A stretch of 64,000 bases of DNA, from NCBI RefSeq assembly GCF_036321535.1, contig NC_087436.1, positions 120,530,001 through 120,594,000 of the forward strand, in the 5' to 3' direction. The notes beneath the pieces were generated by a model that saw only the letters and a list, made by a program, of their open reading frames with translations, was not told where the DNA came from and did no database searches. Both the position numbers and the translations under genes were made by a program. The DNA is from Camelus dromedarius (taxonomy: Eukaryota). This document shows, one piece after another, positions 50,729 through 62,368 of the stretch; within the stretch, counting starts at the first letter, position 1; every line of letters starts with the position of its first letter.

Positions 50729-53700
50729 GCTCCTTTTCCCCTGCGTGCAGAGGCCAAGCCCCGAGAAACCCGCCGGGCTCCCCGGGCCGCAGCTGTCCCC
50801 CGTGCTGTTCCAGGTTGGGTTCCTCAGGGTTCTCGCGGAGCGTAACCCCGCCCACCCCGCAGACACCCCCAGAGCGCGGGGTTGGTTTTCGACACGGTTA
50901 CTCTTAAACGTGTTCGGCATCTTTATGTCAGAAAGGGAGTGTGACTGTTCTTGTGGCTCAGAAGACGCAGGGGGTGCTTGAACCGTCCCTTCTAGGGGCA
51001 TGGGTTCAGTGTGTGAGGACATGGGGCGGCCGTCCCCGCCAGCCACTCGCCGCTCCGCGGCCGTTCCCCTCTGCTGCCCTTCTGCCCTGCCTCTTCCCCC
51101 CACGGGAACTGGTCCTTCTTTTGATTCCAGAAAAAGAAATCCTCATGTGCTTCCATTTACAGTTGTTTGCAGTTTTACCCAACAGGTCGTGTCGGTGATG
51201 CTGTCCTGCCCCGTTTTCTGTGGGGCGTGTCCTGCCGGCCTTGCCCTCGTGTGCTCTCCCCCGTGCGGGGCTCTCGTGGCGGGAACGAGGCCACTCTGAG
51301 AGGCGCCTCTGCCCGGTGCAGCAAGGCAGGGCTGTGGCTGCCGCAGGGCACGGGCCCTTCCCTCAGGATGCCGCCTTTGCTGCTCAGAGTGTGGCCTGAC
51401 GGACAGCGTTCACCCCGTGTGGGGGTCTGTCCTGGGGCCCACCCCAACTGCTGGTCAGGACCCCTGAGGTGGGCCCAGCTGGCGGCTGTGGCTCTCAGAA
51501 CCGCAGAGGGGCTGCTGCAGTGCACTTGGCACCTGGGAGCCTTTCATGCGCTGCTCCCTCTGGGTGGAAAACACTTCCCCATCTTTCCTGCTTGGCAAGT
51601 GCCCGTCCTTCAAAACCCAGACAAACCCAGCCCTCTGGGAAGCCTCTCTCCCCCGGCTCCGTTACTGAGCCTTAGGATGGGCCAGTCCCCATCACACGGT
51701 CACCATCCTTCTTTTGGGGGTCCGACCCCAGGAGATTCTCGGGGGTGTGGGGTACCCCTGGGTCCTCTCCTTGACTCCAGGTCCTGACTGGAGTCAGGTC
51801 CGTTTCAGGTGCTCAGAACTGTCTGTTGAGCGAAGCTCAGGTGTCTGCCAGCGTGTCAGCCGTTTGCTGCCTTCGGATCGCTTTCTGCCGACACCTGAGT
51901 ACTGTGCTCTGTAGTGAGTGTTTTAGTCTTTGGAAATCCACATGGCAGTCAGTAGAGTTTAATTCTTGAATGAATTTCAAGAGCTAAGTATTTTCTCACA
52001 AGTGTAGATTTTTTTTTTAACAGAAAAAGTCAAGAAATGCAAAACTTCCTGTGAATGATTCAAGAATACCTAAGGCACAAGCCTGTTGAATTCCTCTTAA
52101 AAGTGGGGCTCAGGCAGGACCCAGGCGGGCGGGCAGGGCCTGGGCGGTCCCCGTAGGCCCTGACGCCCAGACTCAGATGTGCCTTCTTCCTGCCTTGCAG
52201 ATGCCCTTCCTGAGAGCTGCTAGGCCTGAGCCCAGGTCGGGGGTCAGGGGTCAGGGCTTGGAATGTGGCCGCTTCAGATCACAGCCTCACAGGTGCTCCA
52301 GCCCACGTGCTGCCCCCAGCCCCAGGCTTTCATGAGTCCCATGGGCCTTTGGCCCTCTTACTCAGGGTTCAGGGCCCATTGCAAGGCCCCACCCTCATTC
52401 CTGGAACTCAAGCCCAGTGCGCTCAATCCCCGGGCCACACTGGACAGCCACAGCCGATGCACCATCCAGGCAGAGGGACACTGGGGGCAGGGCACGAGGA
52501 GACAGCCAGCAGGTGTTGAGAAAAAACAAAACCGGCCCAAACAGACTGGCTTTGAATGTGGCCTCAGCCTCTTGGCTGTGTGACCTTGGGCAGGTTAGGG
52601 AGCCTCAGTTTCCCCATCTGTAAAGTGGGAATTCCCACACCTCCCGCGTGAAGCAGAGAGACGCACATGGTCATTCCAGCGCACGTAGGCGGGCAGGCCC
52701 CGCCTCCGTCCACCTGGGTCTGTGTTCTCCGTGGTGGAGATGTATTTGATGTATTTCCTGTCATAAATCACAATATCACACCTACCCACCCAGAACCCCT
52801 GGAAGGGTGGCCACCAGCACCTAGCCCTGGCCACCACTGATGGGATGAGGCCTGAGGATCTGACCCTAGGGAACCAGCCCAAAGCCAGACTCACTCAGGT
52901 GGGAATCTGACCCAAGAGGTGCTGAGCGTGTGGTTAGGTGGAGGGTCCTGAGCAGGAAGGATGGCAGCGCCATGTCCCCATAGGCAGGGTCCGGGAACTG
53001 TCTCCTTCCCTGTAGCTTGTAGATCCTGGCAGACATCCTGGGAAATTGGTTGGCGGCTCCTGCAGCCTCGGCTTCTCCACCTGTAAGACTTAAGGGGATG
53101 GAGGCCCCCGTGGCCGCCTCTGCGGCCCTGGAGGCGGCAGGGCGCGCGGGCCGAGGCCGAGGGCTGAGATGGAGCTGGCTCAGGAGACCAGCAGGGAGCG
53201 CGCCTGCCCTGGCTGCTCATCCTCAACCCAGAGAAGCTGGTTCCCGTCCACACTCTCTATCCCAATGTGAAATCAGACAGAGAGGTTGAGACTGTTGCCT
53301 AAGGCCACACGGAAAGTGGCAGCACCAGAGCTGGAACCCAGGGCTGCCTGGCTCTAGTGGGCCTGGGATGCGGGAGGAGAAGGGGCTCTCCCTGCCCCTG
53401 TGGGTGCTTCACAAGAAGACACATGCCCTGAGGGACAGCTAGGGGCTTCTCGTGACCCGGAGCCCCGGGGGAGGGGGAGGTCACAGCTCCGGATGGGCCG
53501 TGCCCTGACGGCACTGCTGAGAGGACTCTGTGCAGAAGTACTTTCCACAGCAAGGGGTGAAGCAGAAAGAATTTATCTTAAACCCTTGGTGCCACAGAAC
53601 AGAACTTGGTTGGAATTCCCTATTTCTTACACAGTCCGTTTAATCCTGGGGACCTGACTACTGAAAACAAAGTGGAGCCCTCACCCGACCGCCCGGGCCA

Positions 53701-56700
53701 CGTGGGAGTCACGACCATCCTTCAGAGCCAGCTGAGCCCTGCCCAGCTCCACCCACGATGCTCAGTGCCGACTTCGCCTGACTTAACCTCAGGTCTACAC
53801 GCTCTGCGCGACCCGGACGGGTCCCTCCCTCCGGGCCCCTCCCTCGGCCGGGGGTCCCTCTGCCCTGGGGATGCAGGCCAAGGGCTGCGTGTACTCCTCC
53901 CCCGCGGAGGCACCCGCCTGCCCAGAGGCTCCAGCAGAGGCCCAGCGGTGTTGGGAGCCATTCCTTGGCACAAGTGAAAACCACAACTCAAGCTCCCCCT
54001 CCTGCTCCAAATGAAAACCGCTTGGTTAGCCAGGCAGCCCGCCCTCTGTCGGCTCACGGAGGGCCTGGCTGCAGCCGGGGAGCTGGGGGCCTCAGCAGCA
54101 GAGCCCCCAAGACCGCCTGCTGGCTTCTCATTGGGCCGACCGAAGGCACTGCCCCATTGGAGCCCACCTGGCACCAGTCATGGGGTCAGCATGTGGCCTG
54201 GTAGGTCTGGAGAGCCTGTGACCTCTCCAATTTCCCCAGCCTGGCCTGGGCCACCGAACCCCTCACGACACCCTCCCCACTCCCAGCACTGAACCCTCCC
54301 TCCCATCCCCCACAGCTGCAAGGGCGAGCATTTTGGGCTGTGAGAGGCAGGGCGGTGACATTCCAGGCAGTCACCCCAGATGCTAGCCTGCTGCCAGGGG
54401 CCGTGAGGGCGGGTGGTGCTGGCGCCCCTGTGGCCGTATACTGCCCATCAGGAGCCCTGGCACCCCCTCCCCAGCCAGAGATGAGGCCTCTGACTCACCT
54501 GAAGGCCACTCCGAGTCACCCGTGTGCAGGCAGGCGCTCGGAGGCCCCAGTGGGACTGGATGGAAGGGAAGCCTGTCCCGCGTCCCATCATGGCTGTGGG
54601 GTCCATCTGCCCCAACCATGGTCATGCAGTTTCGACCACGTAAACAGTGGCTGTACCGTGAAATGCTGGCTGTGTTCTTTGGACGACATACCCACGTGTG
54701 CCAACGGGTCCTGAGGCTGGGTTTTCAAGGTTGGGGTAAGTCCCGTCCCCTTCCCAAGCCTCAGTTTGCCCACCTGTAAGGTGAGCAGATAGCTGCCCCA
54801 CTCCAAGCCAGTAACTTCATCTGAGTCCTGGGGCTGACTGGCACCTTTGGGGACCCTTCCCTTCCCGGCCGAGGCCTGCCCAGCCTCACACCCCATCCCT
54901 GAACGGCCGGCAGCTGGCCAGTCACTCCCCTCCTGAGAAGATGGCAGATAACATTTGGGGTTTCCATGGGAACTAGAAAGCTGAGTACAGGTAAGTCTGA
55001 GATTTTGTAATCACAAGTCTAGAGTAACCAAAGCAGCACAATGAAGTCAAATTTCACTCCAGCCCTTAGGAGTTGGGATTTCTCCACGGTCCTGAGGGCC
55101 CATACCTCTCATGGAAGGGGAGCCCAGGGTGGCAGGGAGAGAGGTGGGCACCTGCAGTCTGAGCCTGTGCACCTCCACAGATGCCCCCAGGCATTTCCCG
55201 ACGGGCAAGAGGGCTGAGGGCTGAGGGCCACAGCTGCTAAGCGCTGGACCACCCTGGACAAGTGACACGTGGGAAACACCGGACGGGCTTTGGTTATCTG
55301 GGACATCGTACCCAGCCTGTGCGAAGCAGGGGGCCAGCCTGTGGAAGCAGAGTCTGAGATAGGGCTTCTGGTTGTTCAGGACCGGGCAGGGGAAGGAATT
55401 ATGCCAGAAAGTGGTCTTGGCTGAAGTCCCCCTCGGGACGCTGGGGCAGACCCAGCCAGGGCCCTTTCCTACCTCCATGGGCTCTAGGCTGGGCAGGGGA
55501 GCCATCCCCAGCGGAGGCCCTGACCTGTGAGTCACCCTCTGCTGGGGAGGGTGCAGCGGCCAGTGACGGAGCTCTGGTCAGGACACCATTGGCTCTGCGG
55601 CGATGGCACATCTGTTCCCATTTCACAGACGAAGACACCACACGGGATAGAGGCAGAGCCCGGGCCTGCTCTGCCCACACCACTGCTCTCATAAGCAGGA
55701 GGCTGTGGTACCTGAGGCCACGTGACAGTGTGGAACCTGCAGCCAGGGCCGCTGGGCCCCATGAGGGTCTAACCAGTGAACCAGAGCCTCGGGGTTTGAG
55801 ACATTCCCCCTACATCAAAGGCCACCCTGGGCAGCTTCCCCCTGGTGTTTGACTCGGGGCTTGCCAGTGGCGTTAAAACACAGTGAAGAGGAAAGCACCC
55901 CGAATGCACTGTGCTTTGGCCATAGCGAGTTACAGAGAGGTGCGTCTGTCCTTGGAAACCACACACTCAGAGAAAGCCCGCGAGGGAGCCGGGAAAACAT
56001 CAAGAGCAGTTAGTCCCCGGGGGGCCGATTACTTCCTCCTGGGTGATGGTCTGTGTTGCAGCTTCACTGACTGTGGCAGTCAGGTGACAGCCCCCCGGAG
56101 GTGTCCCCGCTGTGTGGACCCAGAGCCGGCTGCCCTCCCAGCCCACCTCTTGGTGGCTCAGCAGTGCTGAGTACCAGTTTGCTGAGGCAGCCTGAGCCTC
56201 TCCTAGCTCATTTTAAACACTGAGCAAAGGACTGGTGTGCGGATGGAGCCTCCTCTTGGTTGCCCTGTCACCATTCATTACTGCCGGGGACGGGAACAAG
56301 CATGAAAGGAACAGCAGTGGCCCAGGACTGTCATTACCAGGCAGCCTTCGGGGCGGCTCCAACTGGCTGGGTGGCCCAGAGTTGTAGCAGGGACAGCGTT
56401 TGTTCCGAATTAACCAGTGAGTGATTTCCGGAGACTGCAGGAAGCCGTCTGACGGGTGAGACAGGCACAGGCAGTTTTCGAGGTTTCCTGGCACAGTGAT
56501 TCATCCAGAGATTTATTTTGAAATTCATTTCTATCCGGTGGTGCTCACGGGCCTGGAGAAGTTCTGTCCCCTCCCCCAGTGCCGGGGAAGGAGAGGGAGG
56601 GGAGGGAGGGGGCTGAGGAAAGGGCTGGCCACTCAGAAGGGAGGTGCGGGGTCCCAACCCAGTCTCCAGCCTGCCTGGGAATTCCCACCCTCTCTGGGCC

Positions 56701-58879
56701 TCCGAGTCCCCATCAGAATGTCACACAGGCTGGGTGGCTTTCGGGTCTTTGCAGCTCAGGTGTCCCTGACATTTGTCCTGGGTTCATGCTCCCTCATGGA
56801 GTCTGTTTTCAGCCCCAGGAGGCCATGGCCCGGAGGGCACAGGCTCTGCGTCAGACATACCTGGGCTTGCCAAGCATTCTGAGTAGCTTGGGTCAGACTC
56901 TCCTGCCCTTACCTGCAGAGGATGGGTGGCCAGGGCTTTGCAGAGAAGGAGGGAGGGTACCATAGGGGTTTCTGGGGGCGGGGCTGGGATGGAGACCCTG
57001 CAGGCTCCGTGCACCCCTGGGGCCGAATAGCAGAGGGGGTCCTGTCCACTCCATCTGTCTTCAGCCCCTTTGCCCAGAAAGCCCGCCATAGGCACCCCTG
57101 CTAGAAGGCAGTTTGGCTGCCTCCCTCCCCCATGGGCTCCTTGGTTCTCCTGGTGGTGGCCAGGCGCAAGGCCACGTCAGCAGCAGGCCCATGTCAGGGA
57201 GGCCACCCCATCCTCTCAGGGTTTTCACGAGGCACAAATTTCTGGCAGGACGTGAGAGGGCGGGTGCCTGGGGAGCAGAGAAGGAAAAAGTGACTTCCAA
57301 GAACTGAGTTGCATTCAGGAATCTCTGCCTTGAAAGTACCCTTTCCTTGCACGGGTCCTCACGGGTTTGTCTCTGCCCATCTAGGCTCCAGTTGGGTGTT
57401 AAGACAGAAGGGGGTAGGAAGCCCATTGAAGTCCTCCTGACCTGGGAGGGGACAGCAAGGCACTGCATGGTGGGGGGTGGGGGGTGCTCTGGGCAGGGAC
57501 AGGGAGCATGGGGGCTCGAGTGCCTCCGGGGAGCTAACTTAGGCTCTCCTCTGCGCAATGGAAAAGGGCCTTCCCCTTGCAGGGTGGCTGGGAGAGCTTT
57601 GGTGTGGGCTCAGAGCCAGGCTCTGACTCAGGTGGCCTCATCGGCCAGACCCCATGCTTCTGGGACCCTCAGGCTGCCCACCTGTGAATGGGGCAGGGCA
57701 GGAGATTGGGGGCAGCTGTAGGATTATCTAATTCTTTTTCCAGTTCTTTTCCAATCCGATCTGAGTGTCGGGTAGGATCGTGCCCATGCCCTGGGGTCAT
57801 TTGCCCATTTCTGTCCCCACGGTCTCTTAGTTGAGGGGCGGGCAGGGTCAGCAGGGCCCTCCCTCTGGGAGATGGGAGGGGAGTGAGCACATCCCAAAGC
57901 ACTGTTCTACGAAGACAAAGGGACCCTTTGACGGAGCCCCATGCTCGGCACCACGTCTGGACTGTGCTGGGGGCAGAGTGAACAAGGAGCATGGATGAGG
58001 AGGACCATGGCCCCGATTCTGCAGGGCTCTGGGGTGCTTGGTACCCTTGCTGCGAGATGACTCACTGGGTGGTCCTGGATCTTCCAATCAATCTCTTGGA
58101 ATGTCATCCTCAGAGAACCAGACAGAGGATGCCAGCTGGAGCTCTGGGTGGGAGTAGTGAGGGGGCGAGGTCACCTTGCAGGGTCACCAACATTGAGAGA
58201 CTCTGATGAGCCCCTTTCCTTGGGGCCTGAGTCTTCCCACCTGTAGAGTGATGAGGAATGAGGACCATCCTCTGAGCCTCTGATGGGAAGGAGATGGGTG
58301 CAGAATTCTGGTGTGGAGTTATGCTGGGGAAGAAGTGGGCTTGGTGGGACCCCAAGACCCAGGCCGAAGGGAGGAGCAGGTGAGGTTGGAGCTGCAGGCT
58401 TGGCCAGTGAGGTGAAGGTGGAAGCACCCAAGTTGGACTTTAGGAACATTCCTTAAAGGGGGACAGATGGCAAGTGCTTAACCTCTTTAACTCCTGTTCT
58501 TCCCTTCTTTTTTGGCTGGGATGCAGATGTGATGGTTGGAGCTGTAGCAGCCAGGTTTTGACCATGAAGATAGCCCTCACACACTGAGTATGTTGAAGCA
58601 GAAAAAGAGAAAGCTCTGTGGTCTCACCTCCCGATATCATGAAAGTAAACTGCTGATCCATTTAAGCCATTTCATTCTGCTTCCATTGTATGCAGCTACG
58701 CCTGTCCTGCCTTGCTTGGCCACCCTAGGAGCTCGCAGGACCAGATGGTACAAGCAGGAGGGACGGAGGAGGAGAAACGTTAGGGATTCCAGGAAGAATG
58801 TGAAGTAGCTACTGGAAAAGCCTGTTCAGCATGTCTGGTCGGAAGGCTTTACAATATTTTGTAGGAGATGCTGTTTGGG

Positions 58880-60545
58880 CAAAGCCTACCAATGTTACCA
58901 ACGTCAGGAAGGAGGGAGATGACGTCACTAAAGATTCCACAGATGCTAAAAGGAAAACAGGGAATAGTATGGACAACCTTGTGTCAGTGGACTCAAACTC
59001 GGTTATGATGGGCAAATTCCTTGAAAGATGTAAAATACCAAAGCTCATTCAAGAAGAAAAACATTATTTTCAGATTATAGCCCTATATCTACTAGAGAAA
59101 TTGAATTAGTAGTTGAAACATCCCCATAAAGAAAATTCAGGCTCAGGTGGTTTCCTTGGAAAATTCTACCAAAAATCTAAGAAAGAAATAACACCAACTG
59201 TGCCCAGACTTTTCTGGAAAATGGGAGAGGGAGGAGTGTTTCCCCACTCACCCTGTGAAGCCAGCATTATTCTGATACCAAAACCAGAACCAGGCTTACA
59301 GAAAGAAAGCTACAAACTAATCTCTCTTAGGAGCATAAGTGAAAAAATTTTAAACAAAATTTTAGAAAATTGAATCCCATCACATATAAATAGAATAATG
59401 TTTTATGGCAAAGGCAGATTTATCCCAGGAATGCAAGGTTGGTTTAATATTTAAACAGCAATCAATTTAATTTACCACAACAATAAGCTAAAAATGAAAA
59501 ACCACATGATCATCTCAATAGAGGCAAAACTTCTTTGATAAAACCCAAAATATATTTTTGATAAAAGCCCTCAACACAGGAGGAATAGGAGGGAGCTTCT
59601 ATTCCCAGCCTAAGGGCACCTATGAAATGCCTCTCCCCGTTCACGTGCTTAGTGGAGGAAGACAGGCCGCCTCTGAGAACGGGGGCAGGACTACGGTACG
59701 TGCTGCCCCGCTTCTGGTCAGCGTTGTGCCGAGGGTTGGCCAACGCAAGGAGGCAACAAAAAGAAATAAAAGGCACGTATAGTGGAAATTAAGAAATTAA
59801 ACTGTCATTATTCACATACAGCATGGCTGTCTATGTGGAAAATCTGATGGAAACTGATGGAATCTACAAAATAGCTACTGGAATGAATGAGTTTAGCAAG
59901 GTGGCAGGATACAACTTCAATATATAAAATCATTTTTAATACACTAGTAAAGAACAACTGGAGATCGAAATTTAACACAACCATTTACAATAACATCAAA
60001 AAGCATGAAATACTTATGAATAAATCTGACATAAGAGGTGCAGGACTGGGCACTGAAAACCACCGAGCGTTGCCGAAGGACAGTCAAGCCCTGAGGACGT
60101 AGCAAAAGACGTTAAGGTGCCTCTTCTCCTCGGAGCTACCTATAGACTTGACGTAACCCCAGGCAAGCTCTCAGCAGGCTTTTTCGTGGAAGTTGACAGC
60201 TGATTCTAAAATTCACATGAAGGAACCTGGTGCTGAACCGTTTGTAGACGACGTGCTTCTGGGTTGGATTTCATACACAGCAGAGCACGTCCCTCACTGC
60301 GATCTGTTGAAAGGCAGCCCTTGACACGAGGGTTTGTTTAAAAAGAATTTGTTTTAAAGAAAAAAAGAAATTAATAAAATAACAACAACAAAACAAGAAA
60401 ACAAACAGAAAGAGCTAAAACAAAGAAAAAAGACAACAAAATAAAAAAGTAAGAATTTTTAAAAGTAAAAATAAGTTTTAAAGAATAAATAAAATTCACA
60501 TGAAACTGCAAAGGACCCAAAATATCCAAAATACGCTGAAAAGAA
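58880..60545 (+). mobile_element. Degenerate L1 ORF2 fragment (a further piece at about 62900-63120)
   Basis: ORF2 RT remnants (GKFYQ...EASIILIPKP...ISL...KILNKIL); GGAATGCAAGGTTGGTTTAA. Confidence 0.85.
60222..60490 (+). pseudogene. Retrocopy of the 28S rRNA 3' end (SINE28-like) with A-rich tail and TSD
   Basis: 60222-60337 matches the recalled 28S 3' terminus (GTAGACGACCTGCTTCTGGG...GCAGAGCA...CTGCGATCTATTGAAAGTCAGCCCTCGACACAAGGGTTTGT); A-tail to 60490; TSD AAAATTCACATGAA at 60208-60221 and 60491-60504. Confidence 0.88.
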
Positions 60546-61828
60546 CGAAGCGGAAGCACCCACTCCTTGAGGAGGAGGCACCGCAGCAGGCGGTCTCGTG
60601 GCTTCCTCCCAGTGAGCCCAAGGGGAAGCTGAGGTGTCGGGGGGTGGCCGCCTGGCCCGCATCCCACAGCCGGTGAGGGCCGGTGGGGGCGCGGATGGCA
60701 GGACAGCGCTCTGCCCGCTGCCGCAGCCTCAGCCTTTAGCCCCTGCCCGGCACACCGCGGGGGGTGGCAAATAATAGTCAGAATCGTCACAGCCAGTGGT
60801 CGCTGTGCACCTTCCCACGCCTGGCGCTGTGCACGCACTTTATGTAAACGTCAGCTGGGTCGAGCAGGGGTGGCAGGAGCATTTTCCCTCACCTAGTGTC
60901 CTTTAAGAGGGGTTTTGCTGAACACTCCCGGAAGACGGGGTGCTTCCCTGCTGGGGGAGCAGGCTGTGTGTCCCCTCCAAGCGCACAGTGGGGCCGGTTC
61001 CCAGGCAGCCGTGCAGGGAGGCCTGCCAGGCTCGCTCACTGCTGCCTGTGGCCCAGTAGTGGCCTAACCCCGGTGGCCAGCATTAGGAAGTCACCTTTGC
61101 TGCACATCCAATCTGGATTCTTCGGAATCTAGCCTTTTTGTTGGTTTTAAATAATGAAGCTGGTATTTTACTCCCAGTCCCATCTTCCTGATTTCTTTGT
61201 CCCCAGTCAGCTCCCACCCTGGACAGGCGGAGGACTGTGAGCAGTGAAGGCTGCTCCACTCCCAAAGGGAGTCCACGCGACACCCTGCGATGAGGTGGGC
61301 GCTGTCACTACCTTTATTTTGCAGATGAAGAAATGGAAGCACAAAGGGATGAGTGGGTGAACGAATGAGTGTATGCATGAGCGAAAGGACAATTTGCCAC
61401 CAAAGCCCCGCATTGGCCACGAACTCCCTGCCTTTGGCGTGAAAAGCTGTGTTTGGCAGGAGGAAGCGGGGTGGGGGGGGGCACCTGGCCGGGTTCTGGA
61501 CATGCTGAGTGGTGCGGACAGACCCTCTGTGGGCTGGACGGGGGCTGCCCTGTGCCCATCGCTGTGACTGGCTGGGCACGGCCCCCAGGGCCCGTCAGCT
61601 CCTCTCTCAGCAGTGGGGGTCTCGGCCCAGGGTTTGAGGGGCAGGGGCCGGACCCCGTTCTCTCCTGGCCCTGCTTCTATCACAGGCTGGACACAGAAAG
61701 GGCATGGAAGTCTTGTTGAAAGACTGGTGGGTTTTAAACATTTCAACTTTCCCGTTTCAGTTTTAACTTTCAGCGCAGGAGGGGAAGTCGAAGGCCTGGG
61801 TCCCCAAGCCGACCCTGCTTGGCTGGGC

Positions 61829-62368
61829 GCTCCTGGGGTAGGAACTGGGTCTGCCCCATGGGGGTGTTTGCCGAACGAGCTGGGGACAGGAGAGGATGTG
61901 ACTTCTTCGGCCATCATAAGGGGAGGAGAGTTGTTAAAAGGAGGAGCAGCCTGGGCTTGGCCGGAGACCAGGGCCCTGGTGGGGCGACAGGTGTGGGTGG
62001 GAGGCAAGGTGGCAATGAGCAACCCCCCTCTGGGCTGGGCTCAGGGCTGCCCGTGGGCTGGGGAGCCTTCTCAGCGGGAATGCAGCCGGGCCGCTCAGGG
62101 CCGCCTGGAGAAGTCCTCCCCAGGGCCAGCCCGGACTGGTGCCTCCCGCGTGTAGGTGGCCAGGGCTCATTTTGCACTGTAACGACGTCTCTGCAAGGGG
62201 TGTGGTGGCCGCATGGCCTGGAGCCCTGGTCCCCGGCCAAGCCCAGGCTGCTCTTCCTTTTAACAACTCTCCTCCCCTTACGATGGCCGAAGAAGTCACA
62301 TCCTCTCCTGTCCCCAGCTCGTTCGGCAAACACCCCCATGGGGCAGACCCAGTTCCTACCCTGGGAGC
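61829..62368. repeat. 146-bp inverted repeat with a 248-bp spacer
   Basis: Arm 61829-61974 is the reverse complement of 62223-62368, with 5 mismatches and no indels. Confidence 0.95.

Noticed and set aside
60222..60337. Functional rRNA gene
   Set aside because: Only about 116 nt, diverged, polyadenylated and TSD-flanked.
61829..62368. MITE or DNA transposon interpretation of the inverted repeat
   Set aside because: No target-site duplication and no recognisable transposase terminal motif; not fully excluded without a copy-number search.
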